20,000 nucleotides of DNA from an uncultured virus (IMG/VR IMGVR_UViG_3300035698_026924). Lineage: Duplodnaviria > Heunggongvirae > Uroviricota > Caudoviricetes. Location of the stretch: IMG/VR virus record IMGVR_UViG_3300035698_026924. One strand, written 5' to 3'. Both the position numbers and the translations under genes were made by a program. Below, one piece after another: positions 1 through 9,875 of this stretch (position 1 is the first letter of the stretch; every line of letters begins with the position of its first letter). Under the pieces are notes generated by a model that was not told where the DNA came from, made no database searches, and saw only the letters and a program-made list of their open reading frames with translations.

Positions 1-576
1 CCAAGACCAAAGGCTTTATCACTAGGAAAATTCAAATCGAATAAAGGCAACAATTTATTTGCTGGTATAAATCTTAATTATTTGTCACCAGAACAAGTGC
101 AAAGATTACAACAAAATCTGCAGCCAATACTAAGAAATCGCAATTTAAGACACAGAGCAAGAAAATTAAGAGCGTTAATGCCAGACGTTTTTAATTCAGC
201 TTATAGAACATATAACAAAGGTGAAATGGATACAGTTGACCCAAGTACTCTCAGATTCATGAGTGTGCAAAAAGATGCTGATAGACCGCCAGTTTCAAAA
301 GATTTTAATGCCCCAACACCAGAAGAAGATCCAACTTCCACTACTAGTGTTGATGACGTTGAACAAATGGCAACCAGCCTTGGTGGCAACCTAGCAGATA
401 GGATAAAATCACGTCATGACGATCCAGAAGCAGTAGATAAAGAGACACCGAATTTAGATCCAAAAAGTCCAATAAAGACTATTAAGCCAGAAAAAACCAC
501 TGATGAACCAAAAGAATTAGGCAGCGATGAAACCGAACCATCAGAGGAAGAGACAGAGGAAGAGGAAGAAATATAG
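1..576 (+). CDS. Putative T4 gp2-like DNA end protector protein with an acidic low-complexity C-terminal tail (5' end outside the window)
   Basis: The frame is open from base 1 (PRPKALSLGKFKSNKGNNLFAGINLNYLSPEQ...), so the TTG at 82 is probably not the true start. GINLNYL resembles the GxNLHYL motif recalled for T4 gp2-family proteins. The C-terminus is rich in E/D/P/T. Confidence 0.45.
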   Translation, partial: PRPKALSLGKFKSNKGNNLFAGINLNYLSPEQVQRLQQNLQPILRNRNLRHRARKLRALMPDVFNSAYRTYNKGEMDTVDPSTLRFMSVQKDADRPPVSKDFNAPTPEEDPTSTTSVDDVEQMATSLGGNLADRIKSRHDDPEAVDKETPNLDPKSPIKTIKPEKTTDEPKELGSDETEPSEEETEEEEEI

Positions 577-1171
577 CGCCAATGTCGATTCTTCTTCAAT
601 AGATTCATTAAAAGATTTTTTTGAAGAACATGATGATTATACAAATCCAGAAATAGCCTGTAAATACCAAATACCAATAAGCACTGTCAGATATTGGCGC
701 AAAAAAATAGGCCAAAAAGGCAAGGCCATTTTAGAGTATACAAGGAAACCACAAAAAGTAGAACGATTACCAGAAGAAGTGTGGGACAACGCAGAGTGGT
801 TCAAAAAAACATATGCTGACCAAAAAATTGGCGCTTACACAATAGCTAGAATAATCGGAATGTCAGCGCCAACTGTCTATAAAAGATTAAAAAGATACGG
901 CATACAACAAAGAAACCACAAAGATGCAGTAAAATCAAAAAATGAATACTATAGCAAAGACTGGCTTGTAGAGAATTATTTAAGAGGTGGAAGATCATTA
1001 AGAGACATGGCAAGAGAAGCTAAAGTTAGTCCATACACAATATCAAATTGGTTAATAAGTTTTGGTATCATGCCTAGAAGTATAAACGCCAATGTGCCAA
1101 GAAGAATCATGAAAGATAGCATACAAAGATACATAGATAACAATGGAACAAGCGTACAGAAGACTGATTAA
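527..1171 (+). CDS. Multi-helix-turn-helix DNA-binding protein (three HTH repeats)
   Basis: Three HTH-like segments: NPEIACKYQIPISTVRYWRKK, GAYTIARIIGMSAPTVYKRLKRYGI and RSLRDMAREAKVSPYTISNWLISFGI. The start is uncertain because it overlaps the previous ORF by 50 nt. Confidence 0.75.
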   Translation: MKPNHQRKRQRKRKKYSANVDSSSIDSLKDFFEEHDDYTNPEIACKYQIPISTVRYWRKKIGQKGKAILEYTRKPQKVERLPEEVWDNAEWFKKTYADQKIGAYTIARIIGMSAPTVYKRLKRYGIQQRNHKDAVKSKNEYYSKDWLVENYLRGGRSLRDMAREAKVSPYTISNWLISFGIMPRSINANVPRRIMKDSIQRYIDNNGTSVQKTD

Positions 1172-2336
1172 AAATTTAGAAAACCATCGATTAGTTAAAA
1201 AAATAATCGATGTTAATTATTATGAAATAAAGATTGAATGGAATTCTGGTATAAAAGAGAGATTAGTTTTATTCAGATTTGAATCATATAAAAAGAGAAT
1301 TGGAAGATATTTAAGGTCTCAAGTATATAGGCCACAATTTATGCCCCCAGCAACTTGGTGGGAAGATTTATCTAACGGATATAAAATAAATTACGGATTT
1401 AAAGACGATATTAACGAACTAGACAATGCTGGTGATTTCAAAAGTCTAATAAATTGGGATTGGAATGAATTTAAAAAAGGTGGTTTTTATGAAAGATTAA
1501 TAACAATACACACAATACTAGAATTTTTTATAAAAAACGGTTGGCAACCAACTAAATATCCAGAAAACACCATAAACAACAGTCTTCAACTATCGTACAA
1601 TGAAGATCTTAATTTATATTACAGCCATAGATCAAGATCTTACATAATGAGAAAATTCGGAAACAAGGAAAGACCATCAGAAAAATTGCTAAAACATTTT
1701 TTACCTCTAGGGTTTGATGGAAATCCATCGCATTTATTTGACTGCAAAAATTACAACTCAACAAAAAGATTATATCTGGCAATAATGAATGTCATAAACA
1801 ACAATAAAATTTTAGAATCTAAAGGTAAATTATTCAGACATGATTTTAATTATGAATCAGTCTTAAAAATGATAAGAAACAAATACGTCAAATCAAGAAA
1901 ATTCAGATTATACAATTTCAGACAACCTGGGTTATATAGAAAAGTAATAAAAGATTTAGGATTAAGCGAATCGTCTTTTTACGACATTGATCCATTGATG
2001 GGTGAACTAGCAATCGCTGCTCACTTGGAAAAATGTCCTTATTATTTTAGGCCAACCTGCCCCTTTGATATGTATTTTGAAGGTATTAAAAAACATACAA
2101 ACGCAGAATTTAATGAAGATGATTCTGGTCAATATGATTTTGGAATATTCGATAATAATAAAAAAGATGATCCATTAATATGGGAAGCAACAATCGACAA
2201 TCTGTCTAAAAAAGTTGATACTGCAATATATTTTTCTTTTACTGGAGATATGTCATTTTTTAAAGATATACAAGAAGTAAGAAAATTTAGGTGGTACGGA
2301 AACACCAACAGCAGAATAGTAATTTGCCAACATTAA
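1143..2336 (+). CDS. Hypothetical protein; C-terminal region resembles a degenerate Rossmann-fold DNA methyltransferase
   Basis: 397-aa ORF. NFRQPGLYRKVIKDLG...SFYDIDPLMGELAIAA...QYDFGIFD follows the spacing of phage MTase-like proteins (FRP helix, motif I, motif IV strand) but lacks the GxG and (S/D/N)PPY residues. Confidence 0.4.
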   Translation: MEQAYRRLIKNLENHRLVKKIIDVNYYEIKIEWNSGIKERLVLFRFESYKKRIGRYLRSQVYRPQFMPPATWWEDLSNGYKINYGFKDDINELDNAGDFKSLINWDWNEFKKGGFYERLITIHTILEFFIKNGWQPTKYPENTINNSLQLSYNEDLNLYYSHRSRSYIMRKFGNKERPSEKLLKHFLPLGFDGNPSHLFDCKNYNSTKRLYLAIMNVINNNKILESKGKLFRHDFNYESVLKMIRNKYVKSRKFRLYNFRQPGLYRKVIKDLGLSESSFYDIDPLMGELAIAAHLEKCPYYFRPTCPFDMYFEGIKKHTNAEFNEDDSGQYDFGIFDNNKKDDPLIWEATIDNLSKKVDTAIYFSFTGDMSFFKDIQEVRKFRWYGNTNSRIVICQH

Positions 2337-2349
2337 TCAAATATATAGC

Positions 2350-2703
2350 ATGTCATTTAATACTATCACAATAGAACGACGCCAACCAATTTTAGACAAA
2401 AAATTTGTCAAAATCCCTGGTGCAGAAAATCATGAATTACCACCAATAACTTATGATGAGGCGATCGAAGGAATCAATACTCCTACCAATGGTGATGATG
2501 GCAGAGTTGGTCTACTAAATTTTGGCAACGGAAAAAGAAGAAATTTTTTACCTTTTTATCAAAAGAACTTGAATTTAGACTTTTTAACTTACGAAGTGGT
2601 AAACACTAAGGGTTATCCAATAAGCGCTGGTATTGGCCCTGTTGATGATATCCAACAGTCCATCAGAGACATGGCATCAGCAAAATACAACATTAAACAT
2701 TAA
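2350..2703 (+). CDS. Hypothetical protein (117 aa)
   Basis: ATG-started ORF 13 nt after the previous stop, with normal composition. No family recognised. Confidence 0.65.
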   Translation: MSFNTITIERRQPILDKKFVKIPGAENHELPPITYDEAIEGINTPTNGDDGRVGLLNFGNGKRRNFLPFYQKNLNLDFLTYEVVNTKGYPISAGIGPVDDIQQSIRDMASAKYNIKH

Positions 2704-2968
2704 TCAATTTTACTTTATCCCACGGCACCTTGTTGTCTTTGCCGCCAAGATCCAAAAGCATTATTATTCTGTCACCAGCACTAAAATTATACGCAGGTTG
2801 TTTAAAATAATGGCCAATCCCTAAAACACATCTATTTTTACCATTATATAAAACAATTGATCCAACTTTGAATCCACTTCCTAAATATAAACCAGCGCAA
2901 TTAAGCGCTGGCCTTACTTCCTCAACGTTATTTGACAATCGTACGCCACGTATTCTTGGATCGTGCAT
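2693..2968 (-). CDS. Hypothetical protein (91 aa)
   Basis: The ATG overlaps the TAA of the upstream minus-strand ORF (TAATG at 2966-2970), which suggests translational coupling. Confidence 0.6.
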   Translation of the reverse strand: MHDPRIRGVRLSNNVEEVRPALNCAGLYLGSGFKVGSIVLYNGKNRCVLGIGHYFKQPAYNFSAGDRIIMLLDLGGKDNKVPWDKVKLINV

Positions 2969-3537
2969 TAAAAATGTCTAGTGCCACGACCATACGAAAC
3001 AGAACTAGTTTCAACTTTTATGACTTCTATGTATTTAGAAAGCAGTGAGTTAAATAAATCTTTTAAATCATTAGCGTTTTTGTTAACAATTTCATCAGGT
3101 TTTAAAGTGCCAGTATTATATGACTGACCAGTTTTAACTTGACTACTGCTTATTATAGTAACATCTTCTGCAATCTTTTTAGGAGGATTAAAGATTGAAT
3201 CACCAGAAGTATCAACACCTTCTGTGACTCTAGATCCTTTTACTGCCCCTCGTATTGTAATTCTTGATGGTTCGTTACCAAATTGTCTGGTGAACGCCAC
3301 TGGAAACGAAAAATTGAAATCATATTCTGGATAATCAGTAGATCCTTCAACCAATGTCCTTAAATCGTCTTCTACCAAATTAGCAACTTTTTGTTCAGCT
3401 CTATATCGTTCCCACCTATTACCAGCCATGGGATTAGTAGCAGTTTGAAGAAATCTTCCATAAACAGTAAAAGGAACAAACAAGTTATGGTTTGTTATTG
3501 GGCTTGGACTAAAAGGCCCTGTTGACAGAATCGTCAT
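2968..3537 (-). CDS. Hypothetical protein (189 aa), possibly virion-associated
   Basis: ATG preceded by a GGAGA Shine-Dalgarno-like sequence (about 3542-3546). No family recognised. Confidence 0.7.
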   Translation of the reverse strand: MTILSTGPFSPSPITNHNLFVPFTVYGRFLQTATNPMAGNRWERYRAEQKVANLVEDDLRTLVEGSTDYPEYDFNFSFPVAFTRQFGNEPSRITIRGAVKGSRVTEGVDTSGDSIFNPPKKIAEDVTIISSSQVKTGQSYNTGTLKPDEIVNKNANDLKDLFNSLLSKYIEVIKVETSSVSYGRGTRHF

Positions 3538-3552
3538 AGCTTCTCCAAAAAG

Positions 3553-3588
3553 TTGTGGCTTCCCTATATTTTAACAGGGAAGCCACAA
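3553..3588 (-). terminator. Intrinsic terminator-like hairpin
   Basis: Perfect 13-bp inverted repeat TTGTGGCTTCCCT / AGGGAAGCCACAA with a 10-nt loop, just downstream of the stop at 3603. A CTTTTT tract follows on the minus strand. Confidence 0.7.
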
Positions 3589-3602
3589 AAAATCACTTTA
3601 CA

Positions 3603-4031
3603 TTAGACGATTTCGACAAGACCACGGGGAGGAAGAGAATTCAGGCGAACATCTTCGTACAAGTCGTTGCCAGCTTCAGCTTCAACATTTTCAATGAAAA
3701 CATCTTGGCGGGTGCCAACAAGCTTCTTGGGAAAGTCTAATGTGCCAGCATCAGGATCAGCATTAACAGCAGCGAACATGTCGCCAACACTGGAACGAAC
3801 GCGCTGGTTGACACTGACAGGCATGCCGTATCTCCATGCAGGGTTAGGACCTGGAGCACTAGCGCCAGTACTATCAAGAATTTGATAAACATCAATTTCT
3901 TCACCTGGCGTCATAACGACTTGTTCACCCAAACGCTGAGTGCGTTGCTTGACAGAATCAAACAAACCGGATTCAACTCTTGTTCTGACTGTTCTGCGAA
4001 CAGAAATCTGGGTATTTGCTGGTTGCGACAT
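3603..4031 (-). CDS. Hypothetical protein (about 142 aa), possibly an abundant structural protein
   Basis: Start moved from the track's 4097 to the ATG at 4031 (MSQPANTQ), which has GGAGG at 4037-4041 at 5-nt spacing. The gene is visibly more GC-rich than its neighbours and has its own terminator. Confidence 0.7.
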   Translation of the reverse strand: MSQPANTQISVRRTVRTRVESGLFDSVKQRTQRLGEQVVMTPGEEIDVYQILDSTGASAPGPNPAWRYGMPVSVNQRVRSSVGDMFAAVNADPDAGTLDFPKKLVGTRQDVFIENVEAEAGNDLYEDVRLNSLPPRGLVEIV

Positions 4032-4124
4032 GATAACCTCCATGGCTCTTGGCCAAATGATTGATTGATTGGTTGTATAATATATTTTCTGTAGCAAACA
4101 AGCAAAATTAAATTTGAAAACGAT

Positions 4125-4484
4125 ATGTCATATAGGATACTAATGTATAGCTATCACAAATACAAATTGATGTTAGACAGTGAAATAAAAAGTTACTTAG
4201 AATTCGCATACAACCAAGAGGGTCATCAAATAAAAGAAATATCAGATTATCTTGGATGTAGCAAAGCAACAGTATCAAGATTAATGAAAAAATACAAAAT
4301 ACCAACTGAACTACATTCATCAAGAATTCCATATAAAAAGTACGGATTTGACAGCGTTGCTCATTTGATGTTAACAATAGCAGAATGTCTAAAAGAAGAC
4401 ATGACTCAAGAAATTATCGCTGTTAATATAGGATGTAGCAGAAGAACTATAATAAGGCTATGTAAAAAGTTTAGTCTTAAATAA
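4125..4484 (+). CDS. Double HTH DNA-binding protein
   Basis: Two HTH motifs: QIKEISDYLGCSKATVSRLMKKYKI and MTQEIIAVNIGCSRRTIIRLCKKF. Confidence 0.75.
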   Translation: MSYRILMYSYHKYKLMLDSEIKSYLEFAYNQEGHQIKEISDYLGCSKATVSRLMKKYKIPTELHSSRIPYKKYGFDSVAHLMLTIAECLKEDMTQEIIAVNIGCSRRTIIRLCKKFSLK

Positions 4485-4695
4485 TGCTTTCTATCATTGC
4501 TTGAAAACGAATCAGTGATTCTGATATAGCATCTGCTGCTTCTTTTCCATGTTTTTTAGAAATGTCTTCATAATTCATTCCTCTTGTGTTACAAATATGC
4601 CAACTAATATACTCCATATCTATATCATTTATTGAATTGGCTAATTCTTTTATTTTATCTAAACTATACCCCATATCTGACAACGTTTGTACCAT
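4477..4695 (-). CDS. Hypothetical protein (72 aa)
   Basis: ATG with an AAGGAG Shine-Dalgarno sequence at 4701-4706 on the minus strand. Confidence 0.6.
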   Translation of the reverse strand: MVQTLSDMGYSLDKIKELANSINDIDMEYISWHICNTRGMNYEDISKKHGKEAADAISESLIRFQAMIESII

Positions 4696-4805
4696 ATCTT
4701 CTCCTTTACAATAATATTTGTACTACGCCTTTCTCCTAACAATTTGTAACAATAATGAACCATCATGCAAGATCGTAAAGGTCTGACCAACAGTATTTAA
4801 TAAAT

Positions 4806-5825
4806 ATGAAACATAACATAGAAATACTAAAAACTTCAAACGAAATGCACCATTGTTCATCCATGGCTGTGACTAGAAATGGATATTTTATTGTATATTA
4901 TCAAGGACAAGAATGTACTGATAAACAAAGAGTAATCATTTTGTACCGTGGCAGAAATGGCCACCAAGAAACGTTAGAGCTAGAGTCAAAAACTGGCAAT
5001 CCAATTGTGTGGGTAGAAGAAGACAGAGTAATGTTAATGTATTCTATCTTTACAGACGCAACTGAAGAAGGCACTAAAATAGACTTCGGAAAGTATTTGG
5101 TTCGAAGATGGATGCACTGCGACAATTACTTAGCTGAGATATCAATGGGAAATTCCTTACATATAAAAAACGTTAAAAAGATAAATGGTGCTTATGGTTT
5201 GTTAGCAAGATGCCAGCCAATCCAAGTCAATAACACAACTCTTATACCATTATACAGAGAGAAAAATCCAGAGTGTCAAATATGGAAAAGTGATGGTGAT
5301 AACATCGAATTATTATCAAAATTTGGCACCAATTCAACATCTTTAAAATCAAAATGTAAAGAATTAGGATATGAATATGGCAATTTAGGAGAAGGAGCAG
5401 CGATTCAGCCAACACTAATATGTGCTGGTGGCAAAATACATGCATTTTGCAGAAATACATGCTTCAATAATGCAAGAAAAACATACGCTTGGTTAAGTAC
5501 ATCAAAAGACAATGGTTTAAATTGGTCTGATTTAGAAAAAATCAATGTGCCAAATCATCATAATTCGTTGGTGGCCATACCCAAAGACGACGGCAGTTTT
5601 TATTTGGTAATCAATACAGATCCGCCAAGATCTAATATGATTTTGTACGACACTAAAACTGGTCACAGTATCCCGTTAAGTTCACCGATGTTTAACAAAA
5701 GAAATTCTTTTAGTTATCCAAATTACGCTTGGGATGAAGATACTTTACATATAATACATACCAATTGTCAGCTAATAGCATGGCATAGCATTGACAAGGA
5801 ATTTTTAAATGAAGCGTTTGGATAA
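4806..5825 (+). CDS. BNR/Asp-box sialidase-fold beta-propeller protein
   Basis: Asp-box SKDNGLNWS, IQPTL, a PN(H)NS-like segment and a C-terminal FSYP motif, all typical of BNR_2/exo-alpha-sialidase-like proteins. Confidence 0.8.
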   Translation: MKHNIEILKTSNEMHHCSSMAVTRNGYFIVYYQGQECTDKQRVIILYRGRNGHQETLELESKTGNPIVWVEEDRVMLMYSIFTDATEEGTKIDFGKYLVRRWMHCDNYLAEISMGNSLHIKNVKKINGAYGLLARCQPIQVNNTTLIPLYREKNPECQIWKSDGDNIELLSKFGTNSTSLKSKCKELGYEYGNLGEGAAIQPTLICAGGKIHAFCRNTCFNNARKTYAWLSTSKDNGLNWSDLEKINVPNHHNSLVAIPKDDGSFYLVINTDPPRSNMILYDTKTGHSIPLSSPMFNKRNSFSYPNYAWDEDTLHIIHTNCQLIAWHSIDKEFLNEAFG

Positions 5826-6147
5826 AGATTTACAAAAGATACAAGATAAAAAATCTTCTGGTGTTTGTATTAATAAACTTAGGTCTTTAGGTCTAATAAA
5901 AAAATCAATTAACTGTACATCAAGTTATCTAATTCCAGAAGGTGCTCCAAAATGGGCTGCAAAGTTTAAGTTTTGCAGAAAAAAGTATGGAGTAACGGAA
6001 CACAAAGAAGAAAAATCAACGTGGATTTTAACTCAAAAAGGCAACAAGCGCTTAAAAAACAGCAAAAAAGACAAAAAAGAAGAAGTTGAAAAGTCTCCAG
6101 AGCCAACATCAGAGCCAACATCAGAGCCAGTAGCAGACAAAGATTAA
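5809..6147 (+). CDS. Hypothetical basic protein (112 aa)
   Basis: ORF overlapping the previous stop. Lys-rich, with a C-terminal EPTS repeat. Confidence 0.6.
   Translation: MKRLDKDLQKIQDKKSSGVCINKLRSLGLIKKSINCTSSYLIPEGAPKWAAKFKFCRKKYGVTEHKEEKSTWILTQKGNKRLKNSKKDKKEEVEKSPEPTSEPTSEPVADKD
6098..6129 (+). repeat. Coding 12-bp tandem repeat CAGAGCCAACAT, about 2.7 copies (EPTS)
   Basis: Copies at 6098-6109 and 6110-6121, partial copy at 6122-6129. Confidence 0.9.
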
Positions 6148-9100
6148 GTGTTATATCTAGTGTCTGCTACTGAGCCACCAAAGGAGCTGCCCATCATCAT
6201 TTCATTCATAATGCTGTCAAGAGTTTGATTCATTTTGGTAAGTTCTTCTGAATCATCTTTGTTATTTTCAATAATTGCTTCTTTAATGTCCGATAATATT
6301 TCTAACATTTCATCATCCCTACCAGATAATTCGCCTTCTATCTTAATATTTAAACCAGATTTTAATTCTTCAGCCATAGCTGAAGCTCTATTAGCAGCTA
6401 TGCTCTTATCAGCTCTTATTTGAGCATTAGATGTAACATTAGCTATGTGCTGTATTGGTCCAGATAACTTATACAATGCCTTTCTCAAATCCTCAGCATC
6501 ATCAACATCAACGCCTAAGTCCATAGCTTTGGCTAAGTGCTCAACACCACGTGCCATGTCCCTAAATCCTCTACCTGCAGCTCCACCATTTTTAGACATA
6601 GAATTTATTGGAACAGAAAGTTTACCCATAGCCTTAGCTAATTGCTTGGCGTTTTCAACTTTATCGCCAGTGAAAAATTCGATTATGCCACCCCTACTTA
6701 AGGCGCGACCCATAGTAACCAGACCATTACCTATAGCTCCGAATACTGCTGCACCTGTGGGACCAATGCTAGCAATGCTTTCTATAGGGCTCTTCATTAC
6801 TACCATTGCTTCTGCTAGTTTAGTAGCATTATCAACCATTCCGCTACTAAAGAATTCAATAACAGCGCCAGTCATTAATGCGGATGCTATTTGTGATAAT
6901 CCCCTGCCTATTATTCCAAATGAACTAGCAGCCTCTGGCCCCAATGCAGCCATGGCTGCAACTGGTTCTACTAATACATTTAGCGCAGCGCCCATACTGG
7001 ATGCTGTAGAAACAAAATCACCACCTAAGAATTCCATTACTGCGCCTGCTGTCAAAGCAGTTCCAAATGCAATAAGCCCAGCAGATAAAGATACTAAATT
7101 TCTACCAGTTGATGATTTAATAAGTCCCAAAGCACCAGTAAACTTACCTAATGATGTTCCTATTTTTACTAGCGAACCACTTGACTTAGACAACACCACA
7201 ACAGCCGCTGCCACTCCAGCAGCGATTACTGGTAAAGCTGCCGCTCCAATTATTGCCGCTGGGGCCAAAAGAGCCAAAGCAGCCAAAGCAGCGGTAGCTA
7301 TTAACAATCCAGCAACAACTATTCCAAGAGTCTCCACTTGGCTTGGGTCCATAGCACCAGCTGCTAATCCTAAAAGAGTAATAGCCCCAGCTAAAGCAGC
7401 GCCAACTGCTAATAGCGCTAAAGCGCCAAGTAACGCCGGAACTGCAATGAGGCCTATAGCAGCAGTTAAGGCAGTAGTTACCAACAATCCAGCAACCACT
7501 AAACCAAGCATGGCTGCTTTTTGTGGAGTCATTAACTTAGCAGATAATCCAAGTAAAGCTATGGCTCCAGCTAGTGCGGCACCAACCGCTAATAATGCTA
7601 AAGCACCAAGTAATGCTGGCCCTGCTACAGTGCCTATGGCAGCCGCAAGAGCAGTCGTGACTACCAGTCCAGCAACTACCAGTCCAAGCATAGCTGCTTC
7701 TTCTGGGGTCATCATCTTAGCTGCTAATCCAAGTAAGGCTATAGCGCCAGCCAAAGCAGCGCCAACTGCAAGCATAGCTAAGGCACCAAGTAATGCCTGT
7801 CCTACCACAGCGCCTATACCAGCTGCAAGATATGAAGCGGTTATTATACCAGCAAGAATTACTAATAATCCTCCTATTCTGTCTGGCGGAATTAAAGTGG
7901 CAGCCATGCCTATTGCCGCTACACCAATGCCTAAGGCAATGCCAACAGCAGCGATACCTAAGGCAGCTTTAAGAGCTGCTGCTGGTTGAATTTCACATAA
8001 TTTTTTGAAAAAATTAGCTATGGATTCACCCATCTTAGACATACCACCGCCAGATGCACCTTTGGCAGCACTGCCCAACCCTTTAACACTTGCTATAATG
8101 CTGGTAATTATCCCAGACAAGCCGAGTAATCCACCACCTATTCCCAAAACCCAGCCAGTCATGGAATTATCTTTTGCTATTGATGCTTGAGCTTCAACAA
8201 ATTTCTCCATTTCAATAGCAACTTTTGAATATACTTTAGCTGTTTCTTCCATTACTTCCTGCAATGAACGTTTACTATTCTTAGAAGCATCGGTCTGCGA
8301 TTGTTCAGCTTTCTGCGCATCTTGCACTACTTTGAGAGCATCTTCATAAGACATATTGCTTTCTTTGGCCATCTTAGATGCCTCAGACATTGCTATTAAT
8401 TCAGTGCTCGTAGCTCCTAAACTATTAGCAAATTTTTCTTGCAATGCAATTGGCATACCTTGCATTCGTTCAGCAAACATCTCAGCATTTTCACCCATAG
8501 TGATAAACATTTCACTAGGGTCATTAGACATTAATGCAGATCCAAGCAATGGAGCAATAGCTAATGGATCTTTCATTGCTTTTGCCATTAAACTCATAGC
8601 CGCATTAGTATCAGTACCAGCTTTTTGAGCAGCTTTAGCCATTTGTCCCATCGCTGTAACAATGGCTATAGACCCGCTAGCCAATACTTTACCATCTTTT
8701 GATAATATCGTGTATCCTTTATCTAACTTATATAAATCTTTATTCAATATGCCAACCATCTGGCTAACTTGAGAAGTACTAAGTCTAAATTCTTTTTGTA
8801 CATTAGTTAAAACTGTGCCGATATTGGATACTCCACTTTGTTCTTTACTTAATGCCCCTAGTCTCAGTTCCAAGTTTGCTATTTCATTTGATGCAATGCC
8901 AGTAGCACGAGCAGTTCTAGCTATGCTCTCGGTAGTGCTGTCTAAAGCCTCTTTATTTTTAATCAAGCCAGCATGACCAGATTGAAGTATAGAAGTCAAC
9001 GACGCTTGTGATTCAGCCAGTAATATGCCACTCTCTGTAGCATCGTACATTGTTTGAGCTAATCCAGCAGTAATGTTTTCAGTTTTTTGTAAATCATTTA

Positions 9101-9875
9101 TAAACAAAGTTCCAACTGTATGATTGTCTTCATACAATTTATTCATTCTTTCCATTTCGTTACCGAGCATAGCTGCTGGGTCAACAACTTTTTTAAATTG
9201 TTCTAATCCTGGTAATGCTTTTGATAAGCTATTACCTATTTTAGCAAAATTGTCTTTTAAAGTAACAGATCCTTTAGAGGAGTCGTTTACGCTATCTTCA
9301 ATTGAATCTAAATGTTTAACCATAGTGGCAAGTTCTGAATTTACTTCTTCACCACTTTTATGCATTGCTCTAACATTTTTAACAATATCTAAAACTGCTG
9401 ATTTTTCTCTTTTAGTTAAGTCCTCTGCTTTAACCTTACCAGCAATTATTTTATTTATTAATCCTTCTTGAGATTTATATTGTGTAAAAGTATCTCCTTG
9501 AAACTTGGCAATAGCAGAAGACATAGTGAGTCTTCTTCTTTCAATTCCTTCAAGACCTTTAACAATTTGGCCTTGACTTTGAAGAACTTGCGCATTTTCT
9601 ATCTCAAGTTGTAATTTTTCTTCTAATAGTTTTAAGTTCTCATAATTTGAAGCACTAGCTGCAGCGCCGTATTTTTTGGTCACTCTCATCATTTCATCAA
9701 TGCCAACAATTGCTTGTGTTAATTCATCATTGTCAATAGGAACAATTTTCCCCATATTACTAAATGTCTTTACTTGTTCTATTATGTTGCTTAATGACGA
9801 TTCAACCCCGCTAAGAACAGAAGTTACTTGCCCAGAGTTGACCTTCATTAATATATCAAGAGTATGAACAGACAT
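6144..9875 (-). CDS. Tail tape-measure-like protein (1243 aa)
   Basis: Long, predicted alpha-helical Ala/Gly/Leu-rich protein with coiled-coil N-terminal and middle regions, hydrophobic internal repeats and a charged C-terminal tail. Lies next to baseplate and tube genes. Confidence 0.85.
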   Translation of the reverse strand: MSVHTLDILMKVNSGQVTSVLSGVESSLSNIIEQVKTFSNMGKIVPIDNDELTQAIVGIDEMMRVTKKYGAAASASNYENLKLLEEKLQLEIENAQVLQSQGQIVKGLEGIERRRLTMSSAIAKFQGDTFTQYKSQEGLINKIIAGKVKAEDLTKREKSAVLDIVKNVRAMHKSGEEVNSELATMVKHLDSIEDSVNDSSKGSVTLKDNFAKIGNSLSKALPGLEQFKKVVDPAAMLGNEMERMNKLYEDNHTVGTLFINDLQKTENITAGLAQTMYDATESGILLAESQASLTSILQSGHAGLIKNKEALDSTTESIARTARATGIASNEIANLELRLGALSKEQSGVSNIGTVLTNVQKEFRLSTSQVSQMVGILNKDLYKLDKGYTILSKDGKVLASGSIAIVTAMGQMAKAAQKAGTDTNAAMSLMAKAMKDPLAIAPLLGSALMSNDPSEMFITMGENAEMFAERMQGMPIALQEKFANSLGATSTELIAMSEASKMAKESNMSYEDALKVVQDAQKAEQSQTDASKNSKRSLQEVMEETAKVYSKVAIEMEKFVEAQASIAKDNSMTGWVLGIGGGLLGLSGIITSIIASVKGLGSAAKGASGGGMSKMGESIANFFKKLCEIQPAAALKAALGIAAVGIALGIGVAAIGMAATLIPPDRIGGLLVILAGIITASYLAAGIGAVVGQALLGALAMLAVGAALAGAIALLGLAAKMMTPEEAAMLGLVVAGLVVTTALAAAIGTVAGPALLGALALLAVGAALAGAIALLGLSAKLMTPQKAAMLGLVVAGLLVTTALTAAIGLIAVPALLGALALLAVGAALAGAITLLGLAAGAMDPSQVETLGIVVAGLLIATAALAALALLAPAAIIGAAALPVIAAGVAAAVVVLSKSSGSLVKIGTSLGKFTGALGLIKSSTGRNLVSLSAGLIAFGTALTAGAVMEFLGGDFVSTASSMGAALNVLVEPVAAMAALGPEAASSFGIIGRGLSQIASALMTGAVIEFFSSGMVDNATKLAEAMVVMKSPIESIASIGPTGAAVFGAIGNGLVTMGRALSRGGIIEFFTGDKVENAKQLAKAMGKLSVPINSMSKNGGAAGRGFRDMARGVEHLAKAMDLGVDVDDAEDLRKALYKLSGPIQHIANVTSNAQIRADKSIAANRASAMAEELKSGLNIKIEGELSGRDDEMLEILSDIKEAIIENNKDDSEELTKMNQTLDSIMNEMMMGSSFGGSVADTRYNT

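Noticed and set aside
6445..7989. 514-aa plus-strand ORF rich in Ala/Pro/Ile
   Set aside because: Antisense shadow of the Ala/Gly/Leu-rich tape-measure repeats, in the mirrored frame, with no RBS or recognisable domain.
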